Below the pieces are notes generated by a model. The model saw nothing but the letters and a program-made list of their open reading frames with translations. It was not told the DNA's origin and did no database searches. Positions 25,701 through 38,339 of a stretch of DNA of 64,000 bases are shown piece by piece (position 1 is the stretch's first letter; each line of letters starts with the position of its first letter). Source of the DNA: Sporopachydermia quercuum (taxonomy: Eukaryota); the NCBI GenBank assembly GCA_001599295.1, contig BCGN01000010.1, forward strand, positions 310,001-374,000, read 5' to 3'. The position numbers and the translations under genes were made by a program.

Positions 25701-25825
25701 ATGATGATAATGGCAGAAGAAGAGTTATTTCAAGAGATTTATTCAAAATGAATCAAGATTATCATTTCCCTCCTTCGGCAGTCGGCACAGCATCAGGTAC
25801 ATCGAAAGTTGATGACAAAGTGTGA
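22712..25825 (+). CDS. TEC1: TEA/ATTS-domain transcription factor (Tec1-like)
   Basis: TEA domain at about 23810-24005 (WS.DV..AFMEA...IPKNG..KI...GRNQLI.DYI..KTGK.RTRKQVSSHIQ.LK). First ATG is at 22712. Located next to RPL19, as TEC1 is near RPL19A in S. cerevisiae. Confidence 0.85.
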   Translation: MDFDSSFDETSIHQSAEAYMFPRPGETNKSSHHNEAHFPSTSVIITPPPSSHKSASVPQYSTMSIINPSNNNHTTTNDSQAITSMHITPTHTGNQXGHEHVISQVLVGSRHPVPHSATGPTSASTPAPDFNRYQKFRTKALSATAASFVTGHKNHQQPFTSSFASTLSLPSQPDFSLYKKNVSGDEPIIQNDMPPHSAPASLSGPVHHGSSSGSKLPMIVDVSVSPTGGHQTYQVFDTPLKSKKNIDPSQLPQYFPQLESFHGFNDDPRLIPMAAPSHHSMQVSHSXPAPTPVPMYQYLPNGNVPGSNQLNANDLIHNGSLPIIRPDISDLQQEQNNLMGFPGLNGALSSAELANEEKLYPKNSRDSLWSKDVTDAFMEAIXVIPKNGLKKITINGKARGRNQLIADYIYRKTGKLRTRKQVSSHIQILKNNLKDEETLRLIVEGPPRNEEQVSETDGNMNINLSSGLGTGIKLELENHEPLAETFKNYPSTTINRANNGSNSNSNRSNNNNSNTKIISTSFDNDEFIVRPGRFVIMSKVISSNAPCHIYSKSRGNQSDHMNMSLGMNMGVNGNMNMNLNLNMNMHNSLSMPGHLQNSNSTSASTATKSAERAAASAMSTSIPIMRINYVDELTTKFPQINRIFTEPELEALIRTRGRHLFQQTHCSFKLLYDFGMTIENDVSVHHAAVKINLNNPLLQPKLEMNLSTETNIECQFELTTGNGTGINGLKQMPKDWVSSLFISSFGNEILSTNEEMDFADGKLESPFANEFWNAFMEGIESKLMATNGNGNGNGNKQSFGSDEESVEVLRRGVEMSLEGLKMTQLLSIPSSKDTLRTLKSIILWEFIAVSEDENDGNINNNSDGNTTEFQLLQLDYPSDLQQLPVTGVFNHQESVSTITDDNSISHNSHTSLSTPKSQVERQIRQLEEIDGEDIDNNSLSMPLFDFRKSVDERGRLTLSPLRTNPITPGRNSNKRLKMSWNGIDESSPILRERPVTNDDNGRRRVISRDLFKMNQDYHFPPSAVGTASGTSKVDDKV

Positions 25826-26936
25826 TAATCATTATGGGGACATTTTATTTTATTTTATTTCTCATTTTCATTACATTTTTTCAGTAGTTATTCCATGTAT
25901 TATAATATTCATTTCTCGGTGTTTCTGGTGTTTTGATTATCGTTTCAAATGATTGTGGTGTGAAAATTCATACATCAGCTACTGTAGGCATGAAACATTT
26001 ACACAATATGAGCATAACGAGAACCAGCCGTAGAAGTAACTTGATAGCTGTAATTCTTTTCAGCTTCAAAAGCAGATGATTGGAAGTGCTACAAAATAAA
26101 TTTCTAGAGCTCCTTTCATCTACAATGGTTAATACTGTGATAATCTTCGATTTGCAATATTATGTATAATTCATGTACTTAATGGTTTCGCACATGTACA
26201 TAGGGGGAAGATACTTGAGAAAAGCTAACTTTTCTCAACATATGCAATGAGACTCATCTCTTGCGAACACGAAATGAATTGATATGAATTTGGAAAACAA
26301 TGGAATCAGAGATTCAAATCTTTCGTAAAGTAATTCAAGCAGTCAGAATGGTTTTTTATGACTAAGGAAGTTATATGAATTCATTGTTGCTATCCACTGA
26401 AGTTTAGTTCTTCTTTTATGTTCATAAATAATGTTCAATTGGACGGATGCAGTAGAAAAGGGCAATAATACTTGCATATTCGATTTGTACATGTAATGTC
26501 TTCGTCCTGTAACTGCATCAACTCCGAATCCTCATTAGGAGTGAAAAATGTATGGCGTAAATGAAGTATCCCATTGCACAATGGATAAATAATGGAGAAG
26601 AATAAATGGATAAACGAATGAATATACAGCATATAAGAAGTTGTAAAATATAAGATGATTGATATTTTAAAAGGGAATCAAACACAATGAGGTAATGCCA
26701 AAGGCATGTATCGTCAATGGTTAGCTTTCTAACATCAGTATTTTCTTGGTTTTTTCTTTCTTTCTTTTATCTATAGGAGTCAATGTTCAATGCGACAGAG
26801 GGATACCCCTAACAAAATAAACTCAATAGTGAATCTTATATCTACAAATAACTAATCTACTAATTCCATTGATCGTATTGAAACAAAGAACTATAATATA
26901 GAAATTAAATGTGAGGCAAGAGGAGGTTGATCAAAT

Positions 26937-27840
26937 TTATTCTTCATCCTTGAATAAAGCTTCTCTCTTTTCAGCAATTCTTTGTTGTCTTCTTTCTCTA
27001 GCAGCCTTGGTTCTGGCACGTCTAGCTTCAGCTTCTTCAGCGAGAGACTTCTCTCTGGCAGCTTCAGCCTTGGCTTGGATGACATGTTCAATGAGTTGTC
27101 TCTTGTGCTTGAAAGTGTTACCCTTGACGGACTTATATAATTCGTGGTAAAGGTGCTTGTCAATCTTTCCAGAAGCTCTGTACTTAGCCAACAATCTTCT
27201 CAATACACGGACACGTCTCATCCATAAAACTTGAGATGGCATACGGGCTTCCTTGGTACCCTTACGCTTACCGTAACCAGTGTGACGACCGTTTCTCTTA
27301 GCTTCGTGTAAAGCACGAGTACGAGAGTTAGAGTGCACAGTGGTAGGCTTAGCAATGATGAGACCCTTGGAGACTAATTTTCTAATGTGTTCTCTAGAGT
27401 TGGCTTCACCAATGGTAGAAGTCTCATTGGGATCGAGCCAAATCTTTCTTTGACCAACACCCAAAACGGTGGAGGCGAGTCTCTTTTGAGTGCTGAGATT
27501 AGGCCTATCGATAATGAGTTAGTAAATATTCTCTATAAACATGTCTTTCTGATCGCACCACTGCATATACATCCTAGATTTCCTATCACGAAAATATAGC
27601 CTTGATTTTAGATACTGAAGTAGTTTAATATTTAATAACTGATGCTAAAAACTGTGAGGTANTTCGTTGTAATTGAGTACAATGATAATTCATATTCAGA
27701 TCACGTAGAACTTGTTGTAGATCCCCTTCCTACCTCCCTGATTGTTGTTCATTCATAACTCCATAACTCATTCTGTATACTCCGTGAACAGTGGCGCTTT
27801 CACAACATAAACTATCTCTGTGTCTCCTATATACGTACAT
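26937..27840 (-). CDS. RPL19: 60S ribosomal protein eL19; start codon split by an intron (AT at 27840-27839, exon 2 27504-26937), 189 aa
   Basis: Intron 27838-27505 reads GTACGT...TACTAAC...ATAG. The spliced product is [28 protein letters not shown]..., with [12 protein letters not shown] and strong codon bias. Confidence 0.96.
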
Positions 27841-28484
27841 TTTGTATTGATTTCTATTACTGATTCACAAAAGTTGAGCACACTGCAATAGATTTAATCT
27901 CAATATCAAATANATTCAATCTATGTGTAGGACTAGTATCAAGTGATGGAGTAGAAAACAGATATATTAGGCTCTCACAACAGTAAGAAAAGAATATCCG
28001 TCCTGGTTTGCGTGGGCAAGCATCAGAAACTACCATACAATGCCCCAATCCTCACAAGATACATTTTCCCATACTAAATAAAGTTCACTGGAGTCGAATG
28101 CATCCTGCGAGAAAAAAATCTAGTCAGAATAAAAAGTACTATGGACTTTATGGATTATGGGTAAACATCAGAATAAGTTAAAATGATAACCCTATAGTAT
28201 ACCACCTGACTCTCACATGGTACTTTATTATTTTTCTTTATTGCTAGTAGCGTAATCATTAATTGACTTTTCATATGAACAAATTAATGTTGAGTTCACA
28301 GAAAAATTTTTGTTATTAGGGAAGGATGTAAATTGTATTACTATCATTTGAGATGTGTATTGTATCGTTGTTTTATTGTTTCATAGATTACTTTCAATGA
28401 ATATTATCATATCAATTCATCAGGAAGTCTTTCACTTAGTCAGAAGTGTGATAGTAGCAGCATAAATTGCTAGAATATAATACG

Positions 28485-28867
28485 ATGGGTAAATCTATAA
28501 GATCAAAGTCAAAATTGGCTTTCAAAAGGATCAAGAGGGAAATTATCTCTGTTCCAGTGTTAACTGATAGGGCAAAACGACTAGCTGAAAAACTAGAAGG
28601 TAAGTGAGAGTTTTTTGTTGATCCTTTTAACTAACCATTGTGAATTATTTATTGACGAGAGTATTAGCCAAGAACCTAAACAAGGGAGGGTCATCTGAAA
28701 AGATGGAAGTAGAACAGGAACAGGCTACAAGCGTAAACACATCGAATGTCAGTACAAGTGGGTGGAAAGGATCGCGTCATGAAGGTTATAAAAAGAAAGT
28801 AAAGAGAGCTAAGAAGAACTCATTGACATTTCAAACTAAAAATAAGAACAAGAAAGGAAGAAAATAG
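28485..28867 (+). CDS. Small basic nucleolar protein, YBL028C/DUF2423-like; exons 28485-28599 and 28668-28867, 104 aa
   Basis: MGKSIRSKSKLAFKRIKR...DRAKRLAEKLE joins ...VSTSGWKGSRH..YKKK across intron 28600-28667 (GTAAGT...AACTAAC...TTAG). Divergent from RPL19; RRPE-like GAAAAATTTTT at 28301. Confidence 0.82.
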
Positions 28868-30242
28868 ACAATGTTACGAAGTGCATACTTGACGGAGACA
28901 GTTATGGGCGATTTAATTTATATGAGTGTAATTTGGGGTCATTTGCATATTTGATTCACTGGTTAGGATGTATTTATGAAATAAATGGCTTTTGGTTAGG
29001 TACTGGGTTTATCTTTACGATTACTTGACCTTATCGGAAATGAAATGTAGACAACAGCTTGATCAGTATAGTGTATGAACCAATTTGTTACTATACCGTT
29101 GCTTGAGATGAGCTCAACAAAGACATTACCTTAATAATCAAGGGTGTATTTTTAGATATGGGAATGAAAGCTTCAAACTGTCACTGCTCTATCTATGTCT
29201 TTCTCATGACAGGTCTTTACATACTTTACTTTCTATAGCAGGGCTGAATTGCTCAACTTCCACCTCCTTACCCAACAGAAAGACTCCATTTTTCACTTCC
29301 CGTATCAGCTTTTTGTCGCTTATTAACAATCAACCAATTAATACAACCAACCATTTTTACTTTATACCAATTCATTAGTTCCACTGCTTTTCGTTAACAT
29401 CTTTATGATCAATCCGCTACTCCCTACTTCAAACCTTTACATGTGACCATCATGTAGGATCATGTACTAGTATGTATAGAAGTGCTGATGAGCATAAATA
29501 CACATCATTCCTACATAGAACATCTAAATAAGAAGGTTATAAACATCCTAATATAGTAGTTTTTCTGTAAAATTGCTTCTTTAGAATTAAGATTTTATCA
29601 TTAAAATTAAGGTTTGTCTAAACTTGCTGAGCGCCAGCCTAAATTCCTTNTTTGAGACTATAGTTGCTCTAAACGTAAAAACTCTTGCATATTCGTGCCT
29701 AAATCTGAGCTTCCAACTAGACAACATTTATCGTCTCGATATAAGTCCAGTAACTAACTATATAGAAAAGGATTNTATATGTTGGAGTAGATAGTTTGAC
29801 TGTTTGACTAGTCAATCTGATAATGAATCAACCTCTAATTGAAAGACATAAATTGATCGGCAAGAAGAACCACTGTTGATGTATATGTATTGTATCTGAT
29901 TGTCGCAGAAAACAATAACAGACTGTCATTTATTAGTGGCTAATTCGTGATCGATCGATAGATAGTGGTGAAAGGAGGGAGAAACAGTCAGTGCAAGCTC
30001 AAAGGAGTAAACGACACCACCACCCATGAGAAAAGAAACGACTGCTAGGACATCGAGAACAATTTACTTTTGTCATATATTGAGAGAGCTTGATGATTTT
30101 GCATATTAGAACAATCTTTGTATGGTATCTTTTGGACTTGCAATAAATATAAATCAAGCGTAACTTTCAATCAGGTCATAAAAGCACGACGTATAGACCA
30201 AAAAGCTTATAGCATAATCTATTCAATACAACCAAAGGAACA

Positions 30243-31445
30243 ATGGATAGACTACCAACACTTTTTGAAACCCTGAATAGAAAAACAGAAACTCCTGTTG
30301 ATCTGTGGTCATTTTACGTTTTTATGAGAGATGATCAAAATAACGTTGATTATCTTGATTTCTGGATTGATGTTGTTCAACATTTGTCACTATGCCGGAA
30401 CTACGTAAGAGGATTAAGAGAATCTCTAAGAAGTTCATACCACAATACATCATCAATGAACTCCTCAGTGTTAGAAGCACTTTTAGAAGGTAATATGCTT
30501 GATGACCGAGACTCAAGAAGACTATCTGCTTTACTTCGTGGTGACGAAGTGGATGGGAGCTCCAAACACTCATCAGATCGATTATCAAAGTTATTGGACT
30601 CTCTCGAGCATGAAGGTCCTTCTGCTGGTCCATCAGCTCCACCAATGCAACAACGTTCAAGTTCAAATTCAATAGGACAAGGCCAGAAACTTCCAGCATC
30701 TCCAAACCGCGTTTTTGATCGTACGACTCCCAATCCGAACCCACAGAACGACACCTCGACACCTCACACATCCGTTTCAGCAGAAAAACTAGAAATGCTT
30801 TTAGATCCTGCAGAACAAGAAATAAGAGCTCAGGGACGACCCACTTCGTTTGTCACCAGAAAACAAGTTCGTGACTCGTGTAGAAGACTGCTAGTGACAT
30901 ATTTTGTTCCTAATGCCGAGCGTGAACTAGTATTACCTCCATATATTGTTCAAAGTGTGAGGTCAGCCATTGAAGTTGATGGTAGAGATGACCCTGAAGT
31001 GTTTGATGAACCACGTGAGTATGTATACCAAGGCATGGAAAGAGACGCTTTCCCAATATTTTTAGCAAGGAATGCACTAGGAAATGTGAATACTCGAGGT
31101 GCATTCTTCAGACTACTACTTGGTCTTATAGCATTGTTTGGGGGATTCTGGACTGGTCTCATTCTAGTCTTTCTGGATTGGCAACCGAAAAAAGAGAGAA
31201 TGGTGGTGTTAGTTCCTTTTGCGGTGGGGGTTTATTTTTCGATTGCTGGCGTATATAAATTGGATCCAATCATGGCGCTTCTAGGGATATCAGAATGTGG
31301 TGCTGATAATGTATTTACGCGGATAAAACAACCATACGTGAGGACATTATTAGTCAAGCGAGCACTGTATGTTGGTGCTATAATTGTTGCAATGGCTGCC
31401 GTACTGACAGCTATATTTGCTGCTGTTCCAGGAAATAGGCTGTGA
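30243..31445 (+). CDS. RAX1: Bud-site selection protein Rax1 (RGS-like domain plus C-terminal TM helices)
   Basis: RLPTLFE.LNRKT..PVDLWSFY.FMRD, YLDFWIDV..H..LC, IEVDGRDDPEVFD, three hydrophobic segments and terminal VPGNRL. Confidence 0.92.
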   Translation: MDRLPTLFETLNRKTETPVDLWSFYVFMRDDQNNVDYLDFWIDVVQHLSLCRNYVRGLRESLRSSYHNTSSMNSSVLEALLEGNMLDDRDSRRLSALLRGDEVDGSSKHSSDRLSKLLDSLEHEGPSAGPSAPPMQQRSSSNSIGQGQKLPASPNRVFDRTTPNPNPQNDTSTPHTSVSAEKLEMLLDPAEQEIRAQGRPTSFVTRKQVRDSCRRLLVTYFVPNAERELVLPPYIVQSVRSAIEVDGRDDPEVFDEPREYVYQGMERDAFPIFLARNALGNVNTRGAFFRLLLGLIALFGGFWTGLILVFLDWQPKKERMVVLVPFAVGVYFSIAGVYKLDPIMALLGISECGADNVFTRIKQPYVRTLLVKRALYVGAIIVAMAAVLTAIFAAVPGNRL

Positions 31446-32736
31446 ATAGTTAATTCTATTGGTTGATAACGTGTAAGCTAGGAGACTAGAAGAGCGCATT
31501 CAGATGAGTAGAAACGAGATGTATGTTAATTCGTAATTTTTTTTTCTTAATGGAAGGACGGAATCAAAACTGTACACAGTTTCAAGAGTTGTAGATTTTG
31601 AATGATTTCCTATGAGTATCTATAAGTGCCTAGGTTACGCCACAATAGTATTTCTGTGGCAGACTCTCAGCATAGGAAACAGGCCATCTCTGTGAAAGAG
31701 AGAGCTGAATTTTGTGTTGATGTCTGTGGCTCTTGCCTTGCACTTCATATTGGAAGGAATCGATACAAAATATAAGGACACCGTAAAGAAAAAGGAAGCA
31801 TCTATATATAAATATGACATGACATGGNCATACTGTTCAGAAAAGGTTTCTAGATAAAAGAATTTGAGCTTACAACTATTTCAGTACGAGTCCTTCTACA
31901 GTAAAGTACATACATCCGTGCTCTTTGGTAAATCTATAGACCTAATAATGTTATAACTGTTACTCATTTTTGACTGGCATTAAAAATACATTGGTTCTCT
32001 ATCAATCAAAAATAGCAACTTGAATTATCCGCACATTTTTAAACATATTATATTCCGATCACCAATACATGCTATAATCACCATGGATCGAGTTTTGAAG
32101 ATCATGATGATGGACATGGTTTTAAAACTGGCGCAAATACTGTTCCTGTTGTTCTATTGACTTGCAGATACTTGATTGTATTAACCACTTCAGGAGCCAA
32201 AACATATCAAAGGTACACTATAAACAATTTATATATATCGTAAATTGATGAAGTACTTGATACGATAAACATCACAAAATGATTCCACTAGAAAATGACC
32301 TTTATTAAGTAGTGGAACGAGAACCACCAACGGCAAACATCAACAAAAACAAATATCAGGTCAAAACAAAGAAGAACCGAGTAACAGCATATTCCGTATT
32401 ATTTATCGCTCCATCCTTATTCAAGTTGCTTACTCCCCAAAATACCATTCCCAACAACTAATTATCCCTACTGTCATAAAAGCATTTCATGATTTAAAGA
32501 AACGAATTAATAGTGACATAACACCGAATATCGTCAAATATATTATTTAATAAACCTAACCACCAAAAAAATAGCCGTTAAAAAACCTATATAAAAAAAT
32601 AAAAAATAAAAACTGATAACTGAAAACTGAAAACTTAAACCTGAGAAGTTAAGAATAAAAAAGAAAAATAATAAAAACTGATAACCAACCGATGAATTTC
32701 ATGCATTTTGTTTCACTACTTCACTGTTTCATTGTT

Positions 32737-34224
32737 TCATTGTGAATGAACACTTTGCCAACGCCATAACCTTTCCTTCATTGATTTGATCTCTTCGTGC
32801 ATCAGCATTAATTTTTCATACTGCCTTTTATCCTTATTGCGAGCTTTTCTCACTGTCATATAAAGATTTCTATACGCAGGATAAAGCTTTCTAAACTTCT
32901 TGGCTAATTCAAACATCCGCTGTTTTGTATCATCCAGCCCAGTTTCTGGTGAAGAAACAGAAGAATTAGAAGTTGTACGCGACTTAGGTGACCTTCCATC
33001 ACTTGAAATGCTGCTGTTAGAGTCTGAATCGGAATCAACGAGAACATCAGACTTTCTTTTTCTTGTCTGTGAGTTAGTTTGTTGTGGAGATCTGAGAGGC
33101 TTCGGAAATAATGAAGAAGAAATATTAGGAGAAGAGTAATTGGAACTATTAGAACGTTTGATTCCACCTGTTTTCAATGGTGAAGTTTGTTTCTGTCTTT
33201 CTGGTGATTGACTTGATGATTGGGATCCTGCGCCTACCTCTGGCCCCACCTCAGGGCTATGGACGATTTCACGTTTTACTTTGATTCTTTGAATTGGTGG
33301 TTCAACTTTTGGATTGATAGGGATTGACGGCTCTTCGTCTCTTTCTTTTTCGAAATCACTTTCAATCACCTTTGCTTTCACTTTTTCCTTCTCTTCAATC
33401 AAATTTCTCCTTGCAGGATGGTTCTCAGGATAGCTCAGACGCTGATAGGCCGCTTTCGCTTGCTCAATGACAAACTCTCTCTGTTGATCTGTGTAATATT
33501 TCCAGTTCCATATCCTCAGCTCTGAATAGTATTTATCAGCCAAACAATACACGTTTGGTGATACTTGCTTCCCATATGTCTGAAGCACGGAGGTCACGTC
33601 ATGTATAGACGAGCGTGTTCTTTCAACAAGGGTCTGTATAGAAGACGGTCCTTTCATTGCTAGATACTGTGAGACTCGCACAGCGAGAGACTTCATTGGT
33701 TGAGAAGATAATGGCATTACTGGTAGTATTCGTGGAGATGAGGGTAAGGACTGAGCGTGGAATTGAGATAAAGAAGGAACCAAAGGACTTGTCATTCCAG
33801 AAGTACTCGAAGCTGAAGATAATGCAGATTTTGGTCTTGGTGGTATACCATTATATAAAATTGTAGTTTTATGTGCATTTTTCGATCGTTGTATTTCATC
33901 AGACTTGGATTTGAGAGCGGTCCACGAAGAGCTCTTATCATTGATTATAAGCTTATGAGAGATACACCCCAGTTTATTATATGAACCATCGAGTAGTAAT
34001 GGCGTTGGTGAACCATTGGCTTCAATTGATTTAGTAGCACCATGCTTCAATTGGTATAATTCCGTCGTAGATGGTTCAGGAAGCAGATCACCTCCATAGG
34101 CTTTACCATTGATAACCAGCCTTGGTAATGATTGCGATAGAGAGATCCTCACTGCATTTGGGTTTGATTTAATCTGTGCCAGCAGATCTGGTGTGAGTTT
34201 TATTTGAATGGCAGGCAATGCCAT
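32737..34224 (-). CDS. ELL-family RNA polymerase II elongation factor-like protein
   Basis: Central winged-helix-like block (YLAMKGP...YCLADKYYSEL..W.WKYYTDQQR) and C-terminal occludin/ELL-like helices (LAKKFRKLYPAYRNLY...LM.MHEEIKSMK..LW), with Ser-rich linkers. Confidence 0.65.
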   Translation of the reverse strand: MALPAIQIKLTPDLLAQIKSNPNAVRISLSQSLPRLVINGKAYGGDLLPEPSTTELYQLKHGATKSIEANGSPTPLLLDGSYNKLGCISHKLIINDKSSSWTALKSKSDEIQRSKNAHKTTILYNGIPPRPKSALSSASSTSGMTSPLVPSLSQFHAQSLPSSPRILPVMPLSSQPMKSLAVRVSQYLAMKGPSSIQTLVERTRSSIHDVTSVLQTYGKQVSPNVYCLADKYYSELRIWNWKYYTDQQREFVIEQAKAAYQRLSYPENHPARRNLIEEKEKVKAKVIESDFEKERDEEPSIPINPKVEPPIQRIKVKREIVHSPEVGPEVGAGSQSSSQSPERQKQTSPLKTGGIKRSNSSNYSSPNISSSLFPKPLRSPQQTNSQTRKRKSDVLVDSDSDSNSSISSDGRSPKSRTTSNSSVSSPETGLDDTKQRMFELAKKFRKLYPAYRNLYMTVRKARNKDKRQYEKLMLMHEEIKSMKERLWRWQSVHSQ

Positions 34225-36876
34225 AGCTTAGTTCTTCTACTAGGCTGCCTGGGTAGATGAGATGCTGATAAATATGGCTAAACCGCCAAATGAAGGGTCA
34301 GGATTGACTCTATTGAAAAGTATCTTCTGATCAAAATGTCTATTGGTTCTCAAAATCAGGGAAATACCTTACGTTATTTCATCGCAAACGAGAAGCAATT
34401 GTCAATGACTACTACACTCTGTACCCACTATCAATGCGCTTTCTATATGTGTTCAGATGCATGGTACGGAGATAAATAGTAGATCCCTCTTAATGAATAG
34501 TATAGATCCTTTTCTATGAGAGAAAAAAGATAGGATAGAATAGTCAGCAGTCTTCGGATAGTTTGCCTAGGCAGAATGTGAAATTTTAGTCCTTAGATAG
34601 ATAGGCAATCTGCAAGGCATACATGTAACCCAAACCATGAGGGGTGTACGGAACAAAGATCCAACGACATAAATGATGATAATTGAGAAATACTTGTTAT
34701 AGTATACATTCATCAGTAACAACAGTAATGAATCAGAAACTATGGCAATATGTATGAGTGAAACGAAGCAATAAGAAGAAAATAGTAGGTATAATCCTTG
34801 CCTGAAATGCTGAATAAATGTGATAGTACTGTCTTACCAAAAGATGTTTAAAGGTAATTCACCTATAGGAGTGAGTGGAGAGTAGAAGCATCTCTCAGGT
34901 ATAAAATTATAAAATTATACTAAAGACTGATTGTAGCTATGAAATAGATATATATATTGACAGCATTTAGTTACTCTCTTCGTATGTATTATTTTATTTA
35001 GTTTAGGAAGGGGTACTTGATAATTTTCATGCCGTTTTTTTATAGGGAGCATCTTCTAGAATTAGCAAGTAGTAATAGCAGAATAGTCCCCAGGAAAAGA
35101 TGATCAATTGTAAAATAGAACTTGAAAGCTGCTTGATATGATAACAATCCTTCTACTATGCCTGGTAATGGGAACTACAAACACTTTCTTTTGGTCACGA
35201 ATTGACTTCTATCATATCATCTCTCATGAATCACCGAATTGACCATTCTTTCACCAAATGAAATACTGGACTAATCAGCAACTCTTACCTAATTTGTAAA
35301 GTAACGTGAATCCTTCTTATGTGGCTCTCCTGCTTACTCAACTCAGACAGCGCGACAAGAACATAATCTCCGTAGAATGGAGATGGTGTTCCAAACTCTA
35401 CAGTTGCTCCCCAGCTAAAAGGTTTTTTCATTCACCTATTAAAGTAATCACCCTGAGCATCGATTGTCCTGGTGATCCGATGCATCATTATTATATATAG
35501 AGACCAACCGCATGTAACCCCTTCCATAGTATAACCTATTTTAGGTCCTTTTCTCCAAATCCCTGTCCACTACCCCATCTAAATGATTCAAGTTTGATCC
35601 CAACAATACGTTGATAAATATCACACTCGGGTACCCGAAAACCATTGATCCGTTCTTTCCTATTCATTCTTTTCCTTCTAATTTTTCATTCTCTGCCCGG
35701 TAACGCTTTTTACCCTTCCTTTAACGTCGTTTGTTTTATCGCTTCCCTTAACGATTGGAAAAAATCATTCAAAAAAGGAAAGAAAATTAATTAATTTGTT
35801 AAATGGGGTAATTGTTAACCTAGAGATTTGAACTTTAAATATAGATTCACCTGTGATTTTAAGTAGAAATATCCGAGTAGTTGAACTGTGCATGTCAGTG
35901 CGTCATGAGGGGATTTAGCAAGACGATAACGTACATTTAGATGGATGATTTGCGGGAGAGTTAAGGAAGGATAGTTGACTAGGAGCTGATAGTTTCATCT
36001 TCAGTTCTCAGATGACTTTTTAATTTCAGATTTTGATGAACGATGGCCTCAGGAAACAGTATAAAGTGCACTAGGAGGGAAAAATAAATATAAAAAGAAA
36101 TTTTTACNGCTGACTGATCATCAATAGCAGCTACACATTTAATAAGTAAAGTCATACCATATACTATCGAAGCCCAATTTCTATATGTGCTCTCTGCGGA
36201 TCAATCATAATCCATTTATACCCATGCCTGGGCAAAAACTAAATTTAAAATTGCCCGAACTAGCATGATTTTCCTTTCACTTTCTTCTGCCTAGGAAAGT
36301 CAAATTACTTGGGTATATACGAAGAATATTAATTGGTAATTCTTTCTAGTCTATGAGGTAGTTTCAATTACTCTTGCATAATATTGCATACAGGCTACAT
36401 TGTCCATTGGACTTGGTCACTACTAATCAACTTGGTGATATAATCATTTTTAGTGACGAATTGAGTAAATGAAGGAAAAAATAGCATGACATAAGCGAGG
36501 TTTGCTGTTGTCTTGACAGTTCTGATGGGGATATTAATATTGTTATTACTCTGATGAAGAAAAGGAGCAAGAGGAAATGATTCGAGAGATGATCGAAGAC
36601 CTAATGTGTCGTGATGCAGGATTGTAACAATAGAAGTGCGCCGTCTATTGTAGCATAAAGGCATTGTGTATGGGTTAAACAGACTCACGGCTTTAGTACT
36701 GAAAACTATATAGTATAGAAGTGAAATGGTGAATTACTACGATTAATTATTTCTATACCGCATTTTGTTATTCTTATGAGAATCAAAAGCTTTCTGTAAA
36801 GTGGCTGATCAATCTAAGAGACTAAATTTTTTTATATTTATATGTAGAGTGTGCAAATTATATAACTGCATCGTGT

Positions 36877-37377
36877 CTACAGATTCAATGATCGACCTGT
36901 AATTTGCTTCATCTCATCTTGCAGAAGTTGGGTCAAATCACTGCCATCTCTCAGACTTATCCATTTACCACCAATATAGTCATACCTGTTTGGCCCAGAT
37001 ATAGGACTACTTAACCAGATCTGTTTATTGGGAGGTTGCTTATTCAAAACGTAATCTCCTTGTGGGGTTTCTAAGTTCATAACTCCCATAGTTAATTCAG
37101 CATCAATGCCTTCTACTTCTTCCATAAGTTCTTCCAATGCTTCCATATATTTATCCAGTTGTTCATCAGCTATATGATGGTACTCGCCGTCTTCTAGCTC
37201 GGTTATATTAGATTCTGTGTATGTACCATAGCTTCGGATTCCAATACTAATTATACCGTTGAACTTAGAAGCTCGCCTATTCAACGTAAGATATGATACA
37301 TTACTGATATTCTGTGAATTGATACTATTTCTACCAGCTATCACTGCTGATCTTAGTAAGAAAACTCTTCTCCACAT
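36877..37377 (-). CDS. YFH1: Frataxin
   Basis: YHHIADE.L, GVM.L, GDYVLNKQPPNKQIWLSSPISGP.RYD and W..LRDG..L..LL..E. The ATG at 37377 starts an Arg-rich presequence. Confidence 0.95.
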   Translation of the reverse strand: MWRRVFLLRSAVIAGRNSINSQNISNVSYLTLNRRASKFNGIISIGIRSYGTYTESNITELEDGEYHHIADEQLDKYMEALEELMEEVEGIDAELTMGVMNLETPQGDYVLNKQPPNKQIWLSSPISGPNRYDYIGGKWISLRDGSDLTQLLQDEMKQITGRSLNL

Positions 37378-38339
37378 TATGAAAATCCAATTGCACCTAT
37401 CTATCTTTGCGAAATCTTGATAAATGTCTGTCAACAACTTTTGGCCAGTTTTCGTTAATTAAACAAGTGATCAAATGATCAATTGTTCTTCCCACTTTAC
37501 TTATTCGCATTTCATGGTAATATCAAATCCAACTTGTAGCAGATATTAGTGGTTAAGACCTCAAGTCTCATCTTGAAAGTTTCTAAGAATTTTCAAAATA
37601 TTCTCTCCCAAAAAGGAAATTCTGCTATCTAATCCAGCAAAAGCCACACAGAGCTAGTAAAATGTTATAGGAAGAAACTGACAAGGACGCGACTATATTT
37701 GAAGCAGTATATAAATTATTTCATGGGCTTTCAAAAAGATGGAGAGTAAAGTAAATCAGTGATGTGATGCGTTTCAAATTATGAATGCCATTATGTCAAA
37801 TACGCTAGCTGTTTCAAACCGAACCAATATAATGGAAACACGTGAGAAAATGCAAAGGAGTAAGGGTATACATTATGTACATGTTGGTATCCCAGTGTAG
37901 ATTAAACAACAATCATTTACTATGAAGAGAAGTTTATACATACAACTGTCTACTGTTTTACATCATCGATTCTCTTCCGACTTGTGCTGACAAGAATAAG
38001 CAAGAAAACCTTAAAATCAAAATAGTGCTCTCCGCGACATGCAAGTTATGCGCACATGAATGCATGCTTTTGAACCTAAAATTTTGCAAAGACGAAAAAC
38101 AATTGAATGAGAACAGTGGAATGCCATTTGAATAATTCTTATATCTTTTGGCATAATAACAGCACAATCAATATATTCTGGAATAATCGATGAAGAAGAC
38201 ATATAAGTCAAGAATGATAATTGTTGCCATCACAGTTTGGTTTGTTGAAAGTTTGACAGTCTTAGTTAGCATTCTTAATTGATGTTTATAAGCTAGTAGG
38301 TATAAAAACGCATCTCATATCAACAGTTGCATTATCAAT

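Noticed and set aside
27505..27838. snoRNA in the 334-nt RPL19 intron
   Set aside because: No properly spaced C/D boxes, rRNA guide or H/ACA architecture found by eye.
29470..29765. Possible intron upstream of RAX1 (GTATGT...AACTAAC...ATAG)
   Set aside because: No recognisable snoRNA cargo or coding exon; such motif pairs arise by chance in AT-rich DNA.
19966..35995. Shared 16-mer TAGGAGCTGATAGTTT at ~19966 and ~35980
   Set aside because: One match of this length is plausible by chance in 64 kb of AT-rich sequence and it does not extend.
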